From Anaerolineae bacterium (lineage in GTDB: Bacteria > Chloroflexota > Anaerolineae > SpSt-313): DNA of 64,000 nucleotides. How positions within the stretch are numbered: position 1 is the first letter of the stretch; every line of letters begins with the position of its first letter. Under the pieces are notes generated by a model. It saw only the letters and a program-made list of their open reading frames with translations, was not told where the DNA came from and did not search any database. The stretch lies in NCBI GenBank assembly GCA_034428955.1, contig DAOUGZ010000137.1, forward strand, positions 3,277 through 67,276. Direction: 5' to 3'. The translations under genes and the position numbers were made by a program. Below, one piece after another: positions 9,385 to 19,232 of this stretch.

Positions 9385-10415
9385 ACAGCCGCGAACGCAT
9401 CCGCACCATCATCAGCGGCAAGCCGGCCGACCGCTGTGGCTTCTGGCTCGGCAACCCGCACGCCGATACCTGGCCCATCTACCACGCCTACTTTGGCACC
9501 TCGAGCGAGCGCGAGCTGCGCCGCAAGCTGGGTGACGACTATTTCTGGGTTTGCCCCGAGTTGCTCCCCGACCTCTACCGGCACCCCTGTGCTCCCCCTA
9601 AGGTGGGCGAGGGGCGAGGCCTCTTTGATCTGGGTAGCAAGAAGGTGAGCCACGGCCAGGCCGGGCCGCTGGCCGACTGCGAGGATGTGCGCGAAATCGA
9701 CAAGTACGAGTGGCCGGACCCGGCCTACCTCAACTTTTCGCCCTCTCTCGAGATGCTGCAAGACGCTGGCGACGTCTACCGAGCCAGCGGCATGTGGACT
9801 TCGTTCTACCATGTCGTGATGGACCTCTTTGGGATGGAGAGCTATATGATCAAAATGCACACCCATCCCGAGGTGGTGGAGGCCGTCACCGAACGCGTCT
9901 GCGAATTTTACTATGAGGCCAACGAGTGCTATTATTCCCTAGTTGGCGACCAGATAGACGGCTACTTTTTCGGCAACGATTTCGGCACCCAGTTGGACCT
10001 GATCGTGGGGCCGGAGATGTTTGACCGTTTCATCATGCCCTGGTTCCGCAAGTTCACCGACCAGGCGCACCGCCACGGCTATCAGGTCATCTTGCACTCC
10101 TGCGGCTCGATCTACAAGGTCATCGACCGGCTGATCGATGCCGGGGTCGAGTGCCTGCATCCGCTGCAGGCGCGCGCCCGCAACATGGATGCCGAGACCC
10201 TGGCCCGCGAGTTCAAGGGGCGCATCACCTTCCTGGGCGGCATCGACACCCAGGATCTGCTAGTTCACGGCACGCCGGAGCAGGTGCGCGCGGAGGTGTA
10301 CCGCGTGCGCGAGCTGCTGGGGCCCTGCCTGATCGTCAGCCCCAGCCACGAGGCCCTGCTGCCCAACGTGCCGCCGGAGAATGTGCTGGCCATGGCTGAG
10401 GCGGCCAAGGAGTAA
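9381..10415 (+). CDS. uroporphyrinogen decarboxylase (URO-D) family protein (MtaA/CmuA-like fold), not a canonical HemE context
   Basis: N-terminal RIRTIISGKPADRCGFW and overall length are typical of the URO-D/methyltransferase-II family. Its ATG overlaps the dppF-like stop (ATGA), so it belongs to the transporter operon. Confidence 0.7.
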   Translation: MNSRERIRTIISGKPADRCGFWLGNPHADTWPIYHAYFGTSSERELRRKLGDDYFWVCPELLPDLYRHPCAPPKVGEGRGLFDLGSKKVSHGQAGPLADCEDVREIDKYEWPDPAYLNFSPSLEMLQDAGDVYRASGMWTSFYHVVMDLFGMESYMIKMHTHPEVVEAVTERVCEFYYEANECYYSLVGDQIDGYFFGNDFGTQLDLIVGPEMFDRFIMPWFRKFTDQAHRHGYQVILHSCGSIYKVIDRLIDAGVECLHPLQARARNMDAETLAREFKGRITFLGGIDTQDLLVHGTPEQVRAEVYRVRELLGPCLIVSPSHEALLPNVPPENVLAMAEAAKE

Positions 10416-10421
10416 ACGAGA

Positions 10422-11525
10422 ATGCTCTCTTCCGAGTCCTTTCCTCATCTGCCCCTCGCCCGACCCAAGCCCGACGCCGCGCGCTTTATCCGCGTGCTGA
10501 TGGGTCAGGAGCAGGCGGCGCGCCCGCCGCTGGTCGAGTATCTGGTGGATGACGTCCTGCGCAGGCCGATTGTGACCGAACTCCTCGGCCGCGAGTGGGT
10601 CGAGCCGGCGCGCGGCGACCGCGCGGCCGAGGCCGCCTACTGGGACAATTTCGTCGCCTTCTGGTACCGGCTGGGCTACGACTTTGTCCGCTTTGAGGCA
10701 GCCCTGCCCTTCCCGAGCTATGACCTGGCCGCGCCCGACCCGGCCCCCCAGGCCACGGGCGACCGCCACTGGCGAGACCAGCACCGCGGCGCCATCGCCT
10801 CCTGGGCCGATTACGAGGCCTACCCCTGGCCCAAGGTGGAAGAGTTTGACTTTTTCCCCTACGAGTACCTGAACGGCCACCTGCCGGAGGGTATGGGGCT
10901 CATCGTTTGCCATGCCGGCGGCATGTACGAGCACCTCTCGGCCATCTTTTCCTACGAGGGGCTCTGCTACGCCCTCTTTGACCAGCCCGATCTGGTGGAG
11001 GCCGTCTGCCGGCGGGTGGGCGAGCTGATGGAGCAGTTTTATCGCCAGCTCGTCGAGCTGGACCGCGTCATCGCCATCTTTCCCGGCGACGACATGGGCT
11101 TTCGCTCCGGCACGCTCATCGCGCCGGATGACCTGCGCCGCTACACCCTGCCCTGGCACCGGCGCTTTGCCGCGCTGGCCCACAGCAAGGGCCTGCCCTA
11201 CTTTTTGCACTCTTGCGGCAACCTGGAAGCGATCATGCCGGACCTGATCGACACCGTGGGCATCGACGGCAAGCACTCTTACGAGGACGCCATCATCCCC
11301 GTGGCCGAGTTCCAGGCGCGCTACGGCGACCGCATCGCCGTGCTCGGCGGGGTGGATGTGGATGTGCTGGCCCGCCGCTCGCCCGAGGAGGTTCGGGAAA
11401 GGGTGCGCGCGACCATCGAGGCCTGCGGCCCGCGCGGGCGCTATGCCGTCGGCTCCGGCAACTCGATCCCCAGCTATGTCCCCGTGGAGAACTATCTCAC
11501 CATGCTCGACGAGGCCCAGCGCTAA
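10422..11525 (+). CDS. second URO-D family protein (paralog)
   Basis: The 367-aa product aligns in architecture with the preceding gene (HSCG...D motifs, C-terminal LDEAQR). It sits 7 nt downstream of it. Confidence 0.7.
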   Translation: MLSSESFPHLPLARPKPDAARFIRVLMGQEQAARPPLVEYLVDDVLRRPIVTELLGREWVEPARGDRAAEAAYWDNFVAFWYRLGYDFVRFEAALPFPSYDLAAPDPAPQATGDRHWRDQHRGAIASWADYEAYPWPKVEEFDFFPYEYLNGHLPEGMGLIVCHAGGMYEHLSAIFSYEGLCYALFDQPDLVEAVCRRVGELMEQFYRQLVELDRVIAIFPGDDMGFRSGTLIAPDDLRRYTLPWHRRFAALAHSKGLPYFLHSCGNLEAIMPDLIDTVGIDGKHSYEDAIIPVAEFQARYGDRIAVLGGVDVDVLARRSPEEVRERVRATIEACGPRGRYAVGSGNSIPSYVPVENYLTMLDEAQR

Positions 11526-11538
11526 CAAGAGCTCACCA

Positions 11539-11569
11539 CCCTCCGGGAGGTTCCGAACCTCCCGGAGGG
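11539..11569. terminator. bidirectional terminator between convergent operons: a perfect GC-rich palindrome
   Basis: ccctccgggaggttccgaacctcccggaggg forms a 12-14 bp stem. Confidence 0.6.
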
Positions 11570-11742
11570 TTCGTCCTCGGAGAATGCTGCCCTCGCCCCC
11601 GCTCCAAAGTGGGCGTATGCGAGGGGGCACCTCCCGAGCCTCGCGTGCTTGGCAAGTACCTCCTTCCCAGCTATATTCAGCCGCACGGCCGGCCTCCGCT
11701 CCGCCGAGCCGGCTGCAGGCGTCGTATACCTCGTTCACGTCG

Positions 11743-13125
11743 TCAGTTCCTTCCCACGGCGGCCTCGTGATCGGGCAGCATATCCTCCGCATCGCGCACC
11801 ACCGGGAACAGATACGCTCCCGCGCCGGCCAGCGCCACGAGCACGCCGGTCACCACGAACAGCAGCGCCATCCCTGCCCCGCTGCCGGCGCCCACGAGCC
11901 AGGCCAGCGAGCCCGCAAGGCTCCCGCCTGGCATCATTGCGGGCTCTAGCATCCGGTCGGCTAGAGGGCCCGCCAGCAACTGGGAGAGGGGAAGCCCCAG
12001 CCAGCCAATGAGACGCCGTGTGGCAAAGACGCGCCCCTGTACGTCCGGCGCGACTTTGGCCTGCCAGATGGCCTGGTTCGACCCGCTGATGATGGGCGCA
12101 CAGAGCCGGCCCAGGAACATGCTGACCACCCAGACAGGCAGCGTACGCCCCAGGCCCAGCATGGTGTTGCCGAGGAGCCCCATGCAGAGCCAACCCAAGA
12201 GCAGGCCGCGAACACGCCGCTTCGGCCCTCCCCACGCCGCCATGAGCAGCCCGCCCGCTGCAGCACCGATTGCACCGGCCGACTGCACGCTGCCAAAGAT
12301 CAGTTGGTTGTTGCCGCTGCGCGCCAGGATCATCGGCGCCAGGATGGAGCCGGCGAGGCGCTGGAAAAGGTTGGCCACGAGAAAGACGGTTTGCAGACCC
12401 AACAGGCTGGGGCGCGCCAGGATGTAGCGAAAGCCGTAGGCCGCCTCTTGCAAGAAGGTGCCCGCACCCTCGCGCCCGGCCTCCGTCCGCGCCGGTTGCG
12501 GGATGTGGGAGAAGAGCAGGATGGTGACGGCCACCGCTGCCGAGATGAGATCGATGGCCAGGATGCCCTTCAGCCCCACCGGCCCGATGAGCGCCCCGGC
12601 AAGGAGCGGAGCGAAAATCCCCGAGCCCGCCCCGCTTATCTCCAGCATGCCACTGGCCCGGCCATAGTGCTCTTTGGGGAGCATCAGCGTGATGGCGGCA
12701 GAGTAGGCGGGCCACTGGAAGCCCTGGAAGATGCCCCCAACCGTCGCCGTGATGTAGAGGTGCCAGACTTGCAGGCTGCCGGTGCCGTACAGGATGAGGA
12801 TTACCACCGTGTTCGCCGCCGCAGCCAGGTCGCTCAGCATCATCATCAACCGGCGATTGCCCCGGTCGACCAGCGTGCCCACAAGGGGCCCCAGGGCGAC
12901 CACCGGCACGCTGAAGAAGAACCCAATGAGCGCCAGCGGCGTCGCCCGGCCCGTGGCCTGATAGGCCCACAGCGTCAGGGCGAATTGGCTCATGGCCGTG
13001 CCCAGGAGGGACACGACCTGCCCCGCCCAGATCACGGTGAAAGCTGCCATCCCCCCGCTGCGCCTGGGCATCCCATGGCTTGCAGACTTGAGACTTTGGT
13101 TGGAGGCGCCCTCCGAGTACTTCAT
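11743..13125 (-). CDS. MFS transporter (12 TM)
   Basis: Multiple hydrophobic helices and G-rich MFS motifs. ggagga sits upstream of the ATG at 13125. Confidence 0.75.
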   Translation of the reverse strand: MKYSEGASNQSLKSASHGMPRRSGGMAAFTVIWAGQVVSLLGTAMSQFALTLWAYQATGRATPLALIGFFFSVPVVALGPLVGTLVDRGNRRLMMMLSDLAAAANTVVILILYGTGSLQVWHLYITATVGGIFQGFQWPAYSAAITLMLPKEHYGRASGMLEISGAGSGIFAPLLAGALIGPVGLKGILAIDLISAAVAVTILLFSHIPQPARTEAGREGAGTFLQEAAYGFRYILARPSLLGLQTVFLVANLFQRLAGSILAPMILARSGNNQLIFGSVQSAGAIGAAAGGLLMAAWGGPKRRVRGLLLGWLCMGLLGNTMLGLGRTLPVWVVSMFLGRLCAPIISGSNQAIWQAKVAPDVQGRVFATRRLIGWLGLPLSQLLAGPLADRMLEPAMMPGGSLAGSLAWLVGAGSGAGMALLFVVTGVLVALAGAGAYLFPVVRDAEDMLPDHEAAVGRN

Positions 13126-13421
13126 CGTTCCTCCAGAAGCCCAGGTTCACGAGACCTAGACTTCGGAAGCCTCCGGCAACCCCAGCCGTGCGGGACCTGT
13201 CGCCGCGACGACGGCTACGACTTCCACCAGGTGCGAGAGTGGTCCGCCCAGGCCCAGCCCCAGGCGAGTCCATCGCGCATGGATCCCGTGGGCCAGGGGC
13301 AGAGCACGGCGTCAAGACCCTCATCGGGCAGGGCGGAAAGGTCGCAGATCGCTCCCTCCAGCACCGCCTCCAACCGCTGCCCAACGGCCGGCTCGGCTTC
13401 TGCGATGCGCCGCCCGGCGGC

Positions 13422-14771
13422 TTACTCCAATCCGTACTCCAACCCATCCACCACGAACCGCACATCCCGCACTTTCTCGGTGACCATGCGGCCCTCGGTC
13501 GCGCCGCGCAGCGGCCGGCCGTGGATGAGCACGTCCTCGAAGGTGATCTCCCGCAGCAGGTGGTCCTGGTCGTACCCCTGCAGGATGGAGACGGGCGCTG
13601 GCCCATCCACGACGCGTACGTTGCGCGCGGTCACGCCTTGGATGCGCCCGCGCTCCGCGTCGCGGCTGTAGCGGTCGAAGCACACCTTCCAGTCGAACAG
13701 CTTTTCCCGGGCCTCCTCCACGCGGATGTCCTCATAGAGCACGTCCGACACGGTCGCCCGGTCGCCGTTGTGGATGGTCAGCACCCCGCCCGAGCCGTAG
13801 CGTTCGGCCTCGCAACGGATGACGTCGCAGTTGTGGAAACGGACGTGGCTGATCGAGTCTACCCGCGTCTCGTAGCCGATCTCTAGGGCGTTCCCCCACT
13901 CGGCGTTCCAGAAAACGCTGTTACGGACCTCGATATCCCGCACCGGCAGCCCGCCTCGCTCATGATAGTTGGCAAAACCCTTGATGGCGATGCAGTCGTC
14001 CTTGGTGCGGATAAAGCAGCCATCCACGAGCGCCCGCCGGCAGCCGACCAGGTCGATGCCGTCGTCACTGTCCGAGCCGGAGACAATTTTGACGTTGCGA
14101 ATGGTCACGTCCTCGCAGCCGGCCGGCATGACCTGCCAGGTCCGCCCGTCCAGCAGGAGCACTCCCTCGACTGTCACCTCATCACAGGCGATCAGGTGCA
14201 CCAGCCGCTCGCGATGGGCTGTCTGATAGGTATGCAGGCTGCCGTCGATGATGCCCCGGCCGTGGATGGCGATGTTCTTTGCCTCGCGGGCAACGATGTT
14301 GCCCCGCAGAACGGCGCCGCCCGCCAGGTACAGGGTCTGCCCGCTCTGCAGTTCAATGCGCCCCAGGTCGTGCACCCGGCCGCCCTCCAGGTAGAGTACG
14401 CCATCCTGGCCGGGCTGGGGCGGGTCCTCCTCCGGCGGGTTGACGAAAAGGAAGAGGGGCCGGCGCAGTTCGTCATCGAGCTCGATGCTCAGCAGCGTGG
14501 GCGCCCCGAGCGTGCCCGGCGGCGCGCTAAAGCGGATGACTCCCTCGCCCACTTCCGGCACGATTCCCCGGCTCAGCGGGCGCACCCGCACCCGCTCAAA
14601 GGGAAAGGCCGGCCGGATCTCGACACGGACGGCCGTGTCTGCATCGACCGAGGCCACCGAGGCTACGGGGCAGTGGTAGACGAACACCTCCTCGCCGTTG
14701 ATCCGCAGCGTATAGTCCGGCGAGGCCGGCATGCCTGGGGGCGCGGGGTAGTGAGTAAAGTGAGTGGTCAT
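13422..14771 (-). CDS. GH28-like glycoside hydrolase (right-handed parallel beta-helix, polygalacturonase/rhamnogalacturonase-like)
   Basis: The KDDCIAIK and SDDGIDL motifs and the repetitive beta-helix rungs (NVKIVSGSD, RNSVFWNAEWG) are GH28 hallmarks. An internal ATG at 14771 (MTTHFTHY) was chosen. Confidence 0.65.
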   Translation of the reverse strand: MTTHFTHYPAPPGMPASPDYTLRINGEEVFVYHCPVASVASVDADTAVRVEIRPAFPFERVRVRPLSRGIVPEVGEGVIRFSAPPGTLGAPTLLSIELDDELRRPLFLFVNPPEEDPPQPGQDGVLYLEGGRVHDLGRIELQSGQTLYLAGGAVLRGNIVAREAKNIAIHGRGIIDGSLHTYQTAHRERLVHLIACDEVTVEGVLLLDGRTWQVMPAGCEDVTIRNVKIVSGSDSDDGIDLVGCRRALVDGCFIRTKDDCIAIKGFANYHERGGLPVRDIEVRNSVFWNAEWGNALEIGYETRVDSISHVRFHNCDVIRCEAERYGSGGVLTIHNGDRATVSDVLYEDIRVEEAREKLFDWKVCFDRYSRDAERGRIQGVTARNVRVVDGPAPVSILQGYDQDHLLREITFEDVLIHGRPLRGATEGRMVTEKVRDVRFVVDGLEYGLE

Positions 14772-14850
14772 GGGCACCTCTTCAAGAGAAGGAACCTTGA
14801 GCCCTTTGCGGCCTTGGCGGTAAAACCGTCCCCCTCGGCTCTGGGCAGCG

Positions 14851-15318
14851 TTACGGCTCCGGCCCGGCGGCGAGGGTCTCGTTATCCTCCGCGTACACAA
14901 AGCGCAGGCGCACCGGCCGGCCGGCGAGGATGCGCGGCAGCCAGTGCACAGCATCGGGCCACATGCGCGCGTAGGGCACCTGGTCCACGTCGAACCACAC
15001 CGGCTCTACCTCCTCGCTCTCCAGCGGGTCGCCCTGCCAGCGGGTGGCGGTAAAGATGTGCATGACCTGGCTCCAGCGCGGGCGGGCGGGGAAGAGAAAG
15101 GTCACATGCCCCATGGGCTGCAGGTCGGCCTCGCGCACGCGCACGCCGGTCTCCTCGGCCAACTCGCGGGCCGCGGCCTGGGTGAGCGTTTCCCCCGCCT
15201 TGACCTTGCCGCCGATGCCGCCGTACTTGCCGGCGCCAAAGCGACACTTTTTGCGGCCGAGCAGGACCTGGCCGGGCGGATCGCCGCGCAGCAGGAAGCA
15301 AAGGGTCGTATCCTGCAT
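14851..15318 (-). CDS. NUDIX hydrolase (MutT-like)
   Basis: The Nudix box GGKVKAGETLTQAAARELAEETGV matches GX5EX7REUXEEXGU. Confidence 0.8.
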   Translation of the reverse strand: MQDTTLCFLLRGDPPGQVLLGRKKCRFGAGKYGGIGGKVKAGETLTQAAARELAEETGVRVREADLQPMGHVTFLFPARPRWSQVMHIFTATRWQGDPLESEEVEPVWFDVDQVPYARMWPDAVHWLPRILAGRPVRLRFVYAEDNETLAAGPEP

Positions 15319-15328
15319 CCCGGACGGC

Positions 15329-16330
15329 CTACCGGCGCGCCCGGGCGACGAGCAGGTCGCGGCGCTTGATCACCCGGTCCACCCGGTGGGCCAGGGCGTC
15401 GTAGGGTGGGGCGTTGAGCACCTCCATATCCGTCAGACGTTCCACCAGGGCGACCATCTCCTCGCGCCCAAAGCGGGTGGATTCCCAGGCCAGGGCCATG
15501 GCCCCGCCAGGCAGGAGCAGCCCGGCCCACACCGGCAGCGCCTGCTCGAGCAGGTCGGCCGGCCCGCCGCCATGTTGGATGCCGTAGGGCAGGTCGGCGA
15601 CGATCAGGTGCGGCCTGCCGAACCCGGCGATGAGTTCGGCAGACTGGGCCGTATCGCCGGCGGCCAGCAGGCACTTTTTGGGGGGCTCTTTGCCGAGGAC
15701 GAACCACCAGCGGCGGCCCAGCTTTTTCAGGCGCTCTTCTTTGGCCTGGCAGGCGATGCCCTTCTCGCGGGCGTATTGGCGCACGAACGCCGCTGTCGAC
15801 TCGGCCGTTTTGCTGCCCTGCTCGACCCCGGCTACGTCCGCACCCAGGACCAGAGCGGTGAAGAGGGTCGTGCCCCCGCCGGCCAGCGGGTCGAACAGGC
15901 GCAGCTCGGCCCACGGCTGCCGGGCAAAGCCGCTGCTAAAGCGGGCGACGTTGCACATAAAGTGGGTAAAGAGCTCGTTGGTCTTGCCCTTGTAGCGGCG
16001 GGCGATGGGCATATCCGGCGGCAGCAGGGGGCGGAAGGGCGCCTCGATGGGCCGCAGGAAGGGCCCCTCCTGGCCGTCGAGCCGCTCATAGTACTCAAAG
16101 AAGGCGCTGGTCATGGCCAGCGTGCCCAGCTCGCGCAACTGTTGCTCGTTGGGCGCGGACCCCAGCTCGAGCCTGAGGTACTCCTGGCCGCCGAGCCGGA
16201 CCGGCTGCAGCGAGGCGATATCCGGCCCGAGCGGGCTCAGCAAGAGCTCTTGCGGCGCCAGCGCGCTGGCCAGCGCCGTGTATTGCGTGCTCCGCTGGGG
16301 AGCGACCTGGGCAACGAGTGTGGGCATCAC
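15329..16330 (-). CDS. SAM-dependent N-methyltransferase (DPPY-type, RNA m2G/m6A-like) with an uncharacterised N-terminal domain
   Basis: Motif I LFDPLAGGGTTL and motif IV ADLPYG. It ends 10 nt upstream of the NUDIX gene. Confidence 0.55.
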   Translation of the reverse strand: MMPTLVAQVAPQRSTQYTALASALAPQELLLSPLGPDIASLQPVRLGGQEYLRLELGSAPNEQQLRELGTLAMTSAFFEYYERLDGQEGPFLRPIEAPFRPLLPPDMPIARRYKGKTNELFTHFMCNVARFSSGFARQPWAELRLFDPLAGGGTTLFTALVLGADVAGVEQGSKTAESTAAFVRQYAREKGIACQAKEERLKKLGRRWWFVLGKEPPKKCLLAAGDTAQSAELIAGFGRPHLIVADLPYGIQHGGGPADLLEQALPVWAGLLLPGGAMALAWESTRFGREEMVALVERLTDMEVLNAPPYDALAHRVDRVIKRRDLLVARARR

Positions 16331-16393
16331 ACCTCCTCAACCGCGTCTTGATCCCGAGTATAGGCGAGTTGCCCCGGCGCCGCAAGGTCGGCG

Positions 16394-17539
16394 CTACCGG
16401 TCAAAGCGCGGCACCTCGACCTCGGCGCCACCGAGCATGGCCGACTGGTGGGCGCAGATGCCGGCAGCCGTCCAGTTGGCGGCGGTGACGGCGTCGACCC
16501 GCGGCCGGCGGCCCTCCACGATGCTGCGCACAAACTCGTGCACCAGGTGCGGGTGCGAGCCGTGGTGACCGCCTCCCTGCTCGAAGGAGAGGTGCGAGTC
16601 TCGGCGGTTGTAGACAAAGCGCTGCGTGTAGCGGGCGATGGACGGCGGCAGCAGGTCCGTGCGGTCGGGTGGAACGGGCCGCTCCTCGGCGACCTTGCGC
16701 ACCTCGCCGGGCACCACCGGGCTCATGCGGAAGAGCAGCGGGTGCTCGTCCTCCATCTGCCACTCGTAGCAGGCATTCTCCCCATAGACGGTAAAACTCT
16801 CTATGTACGGCCGGGCGCAGTGAAAGAGCGAGCGCGTCACCTCCGCGGCCAGGCCCGGCGCCTCCAGTTGAAAGATGGCCGTCTCCACCGGCCAGGGATT
16901 GCCGTAGGGGCGCTGCAGCTCCTCGCGCATCGCACCCGAGCCGTAGCAGTGCACCTTGACCGCCCGCGTGCCGGCGATGGCCAGGAGCGGGCTGATGGCG
17001 TGGGTGGCGTACCACATCGGCGGCAGCCCGGCCCAGTAGGGCGGCCAGCGCTCCATATCCTGATAGTGGGCGCCACGCAGGAACTGGAGGCGCCCAAACT
17101 CGCCCCGCGCCTGCAGCGTTTGGGCGTAGAGGAATGGGCGCGTGTAGACAGCCGTCTCCATCATCATGTAGCAGCGGCCCGAGCGCTTTTGCGCCGCGAC
17201 GACGGCGCGCAGATCCTCAATGCTGGTGGCCATGGGCACGGTGCAGGCGCAGTGCTTGCCCGCGTTGAGCACGGCTACCGCCTGGGGGGCATGGTCGGGG
17301 ATGCCGCTGACCAGGTGCACGGCATCGACCTCCTCCGCGGCGATGGCCTCGGCCACGTCCTTGTAGCGCCAGTGGATGCCGAACCGCTCGCCCACCCGCG
17401 TCAGGCGCGCCTCGTCCTGGTCGCAGATGGCCACCGCCGCCACATCCGGATGGTCGAGATAGATGGGCACAAACTCGGCGCCAAAGCCGAGGCCCACCAC
17501 CGCCACGTTGATCTTGCCCTCACTGCCTGTGGTCTTCAT
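16394..17539 (-). CDS. Gfo/Idh/MocA family NAD(P)-dependent oxidoreductase
   Basis: The N-terminal Rossmann INVAVVGLGFGAEF and the characteristic C-terminal alpha/beta dimerisation domain. Confidence 0.85.
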   Translation of the reverse strand: MKTTGSEGKINVAVVGLGFGAEFVPIYLDHPDVAAVAICDQDEARLTRVGERFGIHWRYKDVAEAIAAEEVDAVHLVSGIPDHAPQAVAVLNAGKHCACTVPMATSIEDLRAVVAAQKRSGRCYMMMETAVYTRPFLYAQTLQARGEFGRLQFLRGAHYQDMERWPPYWAGLPPMWYATHAISPLLAIAGTRAVKVHCYGSGAMREELQRPYGNPWPVETAIFQLEAPGLAAEVTRSLFHCARPYIESFTVYGENACYEWQMEDEHPLLFRMSPVVPGEVRKVAEERPVPPDRTDLLPPSIARYTQRFVYNRRDSHLSFEQGGGHHGSHPHLVHEFVRSIVEGRRPRVDAVTAANWTAAGICAHQSAMLGGAEVEVPRFDR

Positions 17540-17740
17540 TGGTATCCTGCTCCTGACAGATGGGTCTATGCACAGCTTTCACTGGCCGGCCTGGTTGTGG
17601 CAAGTGCGGTCATAGAGCCGCATCGGCAGCTCGGCACAGCCATTATACCCTCGCGCCCAGGCGAAGCAAAGGGAGGGGCCGAACACTGTAGAGTGTCCGA
17701 CCCTAGGGGTTCCGCCGCGAGCTGGCGTGTGGCCGTATCC

Positions 17741-19219
17741 TCATGGGTTGGGCATGTAAGTATCGCCCAGGATGCCGGCCATGAGTGCCGCAAAGGCCGC
17801 CGGTTCCTCGAACGATGGCCGATGGCCCGAATGCTCGAACGTGATCAACTCTTTGGCCGGCGCATCGAGCATCTCGAACCACTCCCTGGCCGGGACGGCC
17901 CGGCCGCGGGCCTCGTGCGCGCCGAGGACCAGGTAGACGGGGACGTCGAGGCTGGGCACGTCGCGGCGAAAATCGATATCCTGTAGCTGGGGATAGAGGA
18001 CGGCAAAGGTGTCCAGCAGGCCGCGCAGGCCGTTGATCCGATCCATCAGCGAGTTCTCGGGCACGAACAGGTTGAACGGCATCTCTTTGCTCGGGTCGAG
18101 TTCGGGATAGGGGTTCCAGTCGTGCTCGTGGGAGATGACCTGCTCGTAATCGAGCAGGTTGCTGTACGGTGGCGGCCCGATCCTCCGCAACGTGGCGACC
18201 AGCCCGACGTTCCCATTCCGCTCCGCCCAGGCCAGGGTATCCTCGTAGAACATGACGTCGGTTTGCCGCGGGCTGACCATCTGCCCGGTGCCGACGAAAG
18301 CGTGATACAGCTCGGGATGCTGTTGCACGGCCAGCACGCCAAGGATAGATCCCCAAGAGTTGCCGGTCAGGTAGATCTTGTCCTCGCCGAAGCGATCCCG
18401 CAGGTAGTGGGTCACTTCGATAGTGTCGGCCACCACCTGCTCGAGGGTGAGGGTTTCCGTGGGATCCAAGGCCGCGTAGGACTTGCCGGTGCCGCGCTGG
18501 TCCCAGGTGACCACGACAAAGTGCTGCTCCAGCCCGGTGTCGGCGCGCATGGCGCCGAGGTCGGTGCCACCCGGACCGCCCGCCAGGTGCAGCAGGACGG
18601 GATTGTCGTAGCTCCGCCCCCGGATCATCAACGTCTGTTGGTGTCCGCCGATGGGCACAGTAGTCAATTCGGCGATGCTGCCGGGCAGGGGCTCACCGTC
18701 GGGGCCGATGATGGGATGGGTCGTCGCCGGGCGGGCGATCAGCGCGGCCAGCGCAACAAGCGTCAGCGTGGCGAGGCCGGTGAACACCCAGCCCACGGTC
18801 CCAAAGCCGGTCGCTGCCTGCTTGCCCAGCCGGGCCGCGAGCCCCGCTCCGTAGGCGGCGCCCACCAGCATCGGCGCCAAAACGAGCAGAGCGTGGAACA
18901 GGCGACCCGTCACGAAAGCAATGATGCCATAGACGGATGTGAGGTAGATGCCGTCTACAGTCGGGCCATTCACCCCCAGCCGGGCCAGCTCGAACACGGC
19001 GGCAAAGGCGACGGGCGCCACCAGCAGGCTCCAGCGGCTGCCCATGGCCAGGCCGGCCGCCACGCCGATGACGAGGGCTGCTGCCATCGATACCAGCGCC
19101 TCAGACGTTGTTATCGGGCCACGCGGGGTTAGCCAGGCGGCGATCAACCCGCCGGCGGCCGTCAGCCCGACCGTGACGGCCAGCCCGATTCGCCAATCCG
19201 ACCACAAGAACTGGATCAT
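17741..19219 (-). CDS. membrane-anchored alpha/beta hydrolase, S33 prolyl aminopeptidase-like
   Basis: About 170 aa of TM helices, then HLAGGPGG (oxyanion HGGPG-like), nucleophile elbow GNSWG and the C-terminal His region. The ATG at 19219 is an internal Met. Confidence 0.7.
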   Translation of the reverse strand: MIQFLWSDWRIGLAVTVGLTAAGGLIAAWLTPRGPITTSEALVSMAAALVIGVAAGLAMGSRWSLLVAPVAFAAVFELARLGVNGPTVDGIYLTSVYGIIAFVTGRLFHALLVLAPMLVGAAYGAGLAARLGKQAATGFGTVGWVFTGLATLTLVALAALIARPATTHPIIGPDGEPLPGSIAELTTVPIGGHQQTLMIRGRSYDNPVLLHLAGGPGGTDLGAMRADTGLEQHFVVVTWDQRGTGKSYAALDPTETLTLEQVVADTIEVTHYLRDRFGEDKIYLTGNSWGSILGVLAVQQHPELYHAFVGTGQMVSPRQTDVMFYEDTLAWAERNGNVGLVATLRRIGPPPYSNLLDYEQVISHEHDWNPYPELDPSKEMPFNLFVPENSLMDRINGLRGLLDTFAVLYPQLQDIDFRRDVPSLDVPVYLVLGAHEARGRAVPAREWFEMLDAPAKELITFEHSGHRPSFEEPAAFAALMAGILGDTYMPNP

Positions 19220-19232
19220 AACAGGCAACCCC

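Noticed and set aside
9381-11525. The URO-D family genes as haem-biosynthetic hemE
   Set aside because: They are translationally coupled to an ABC importer, present as two paralogs, and no other hem genes are nearby. They were therefore annotated only at family level.
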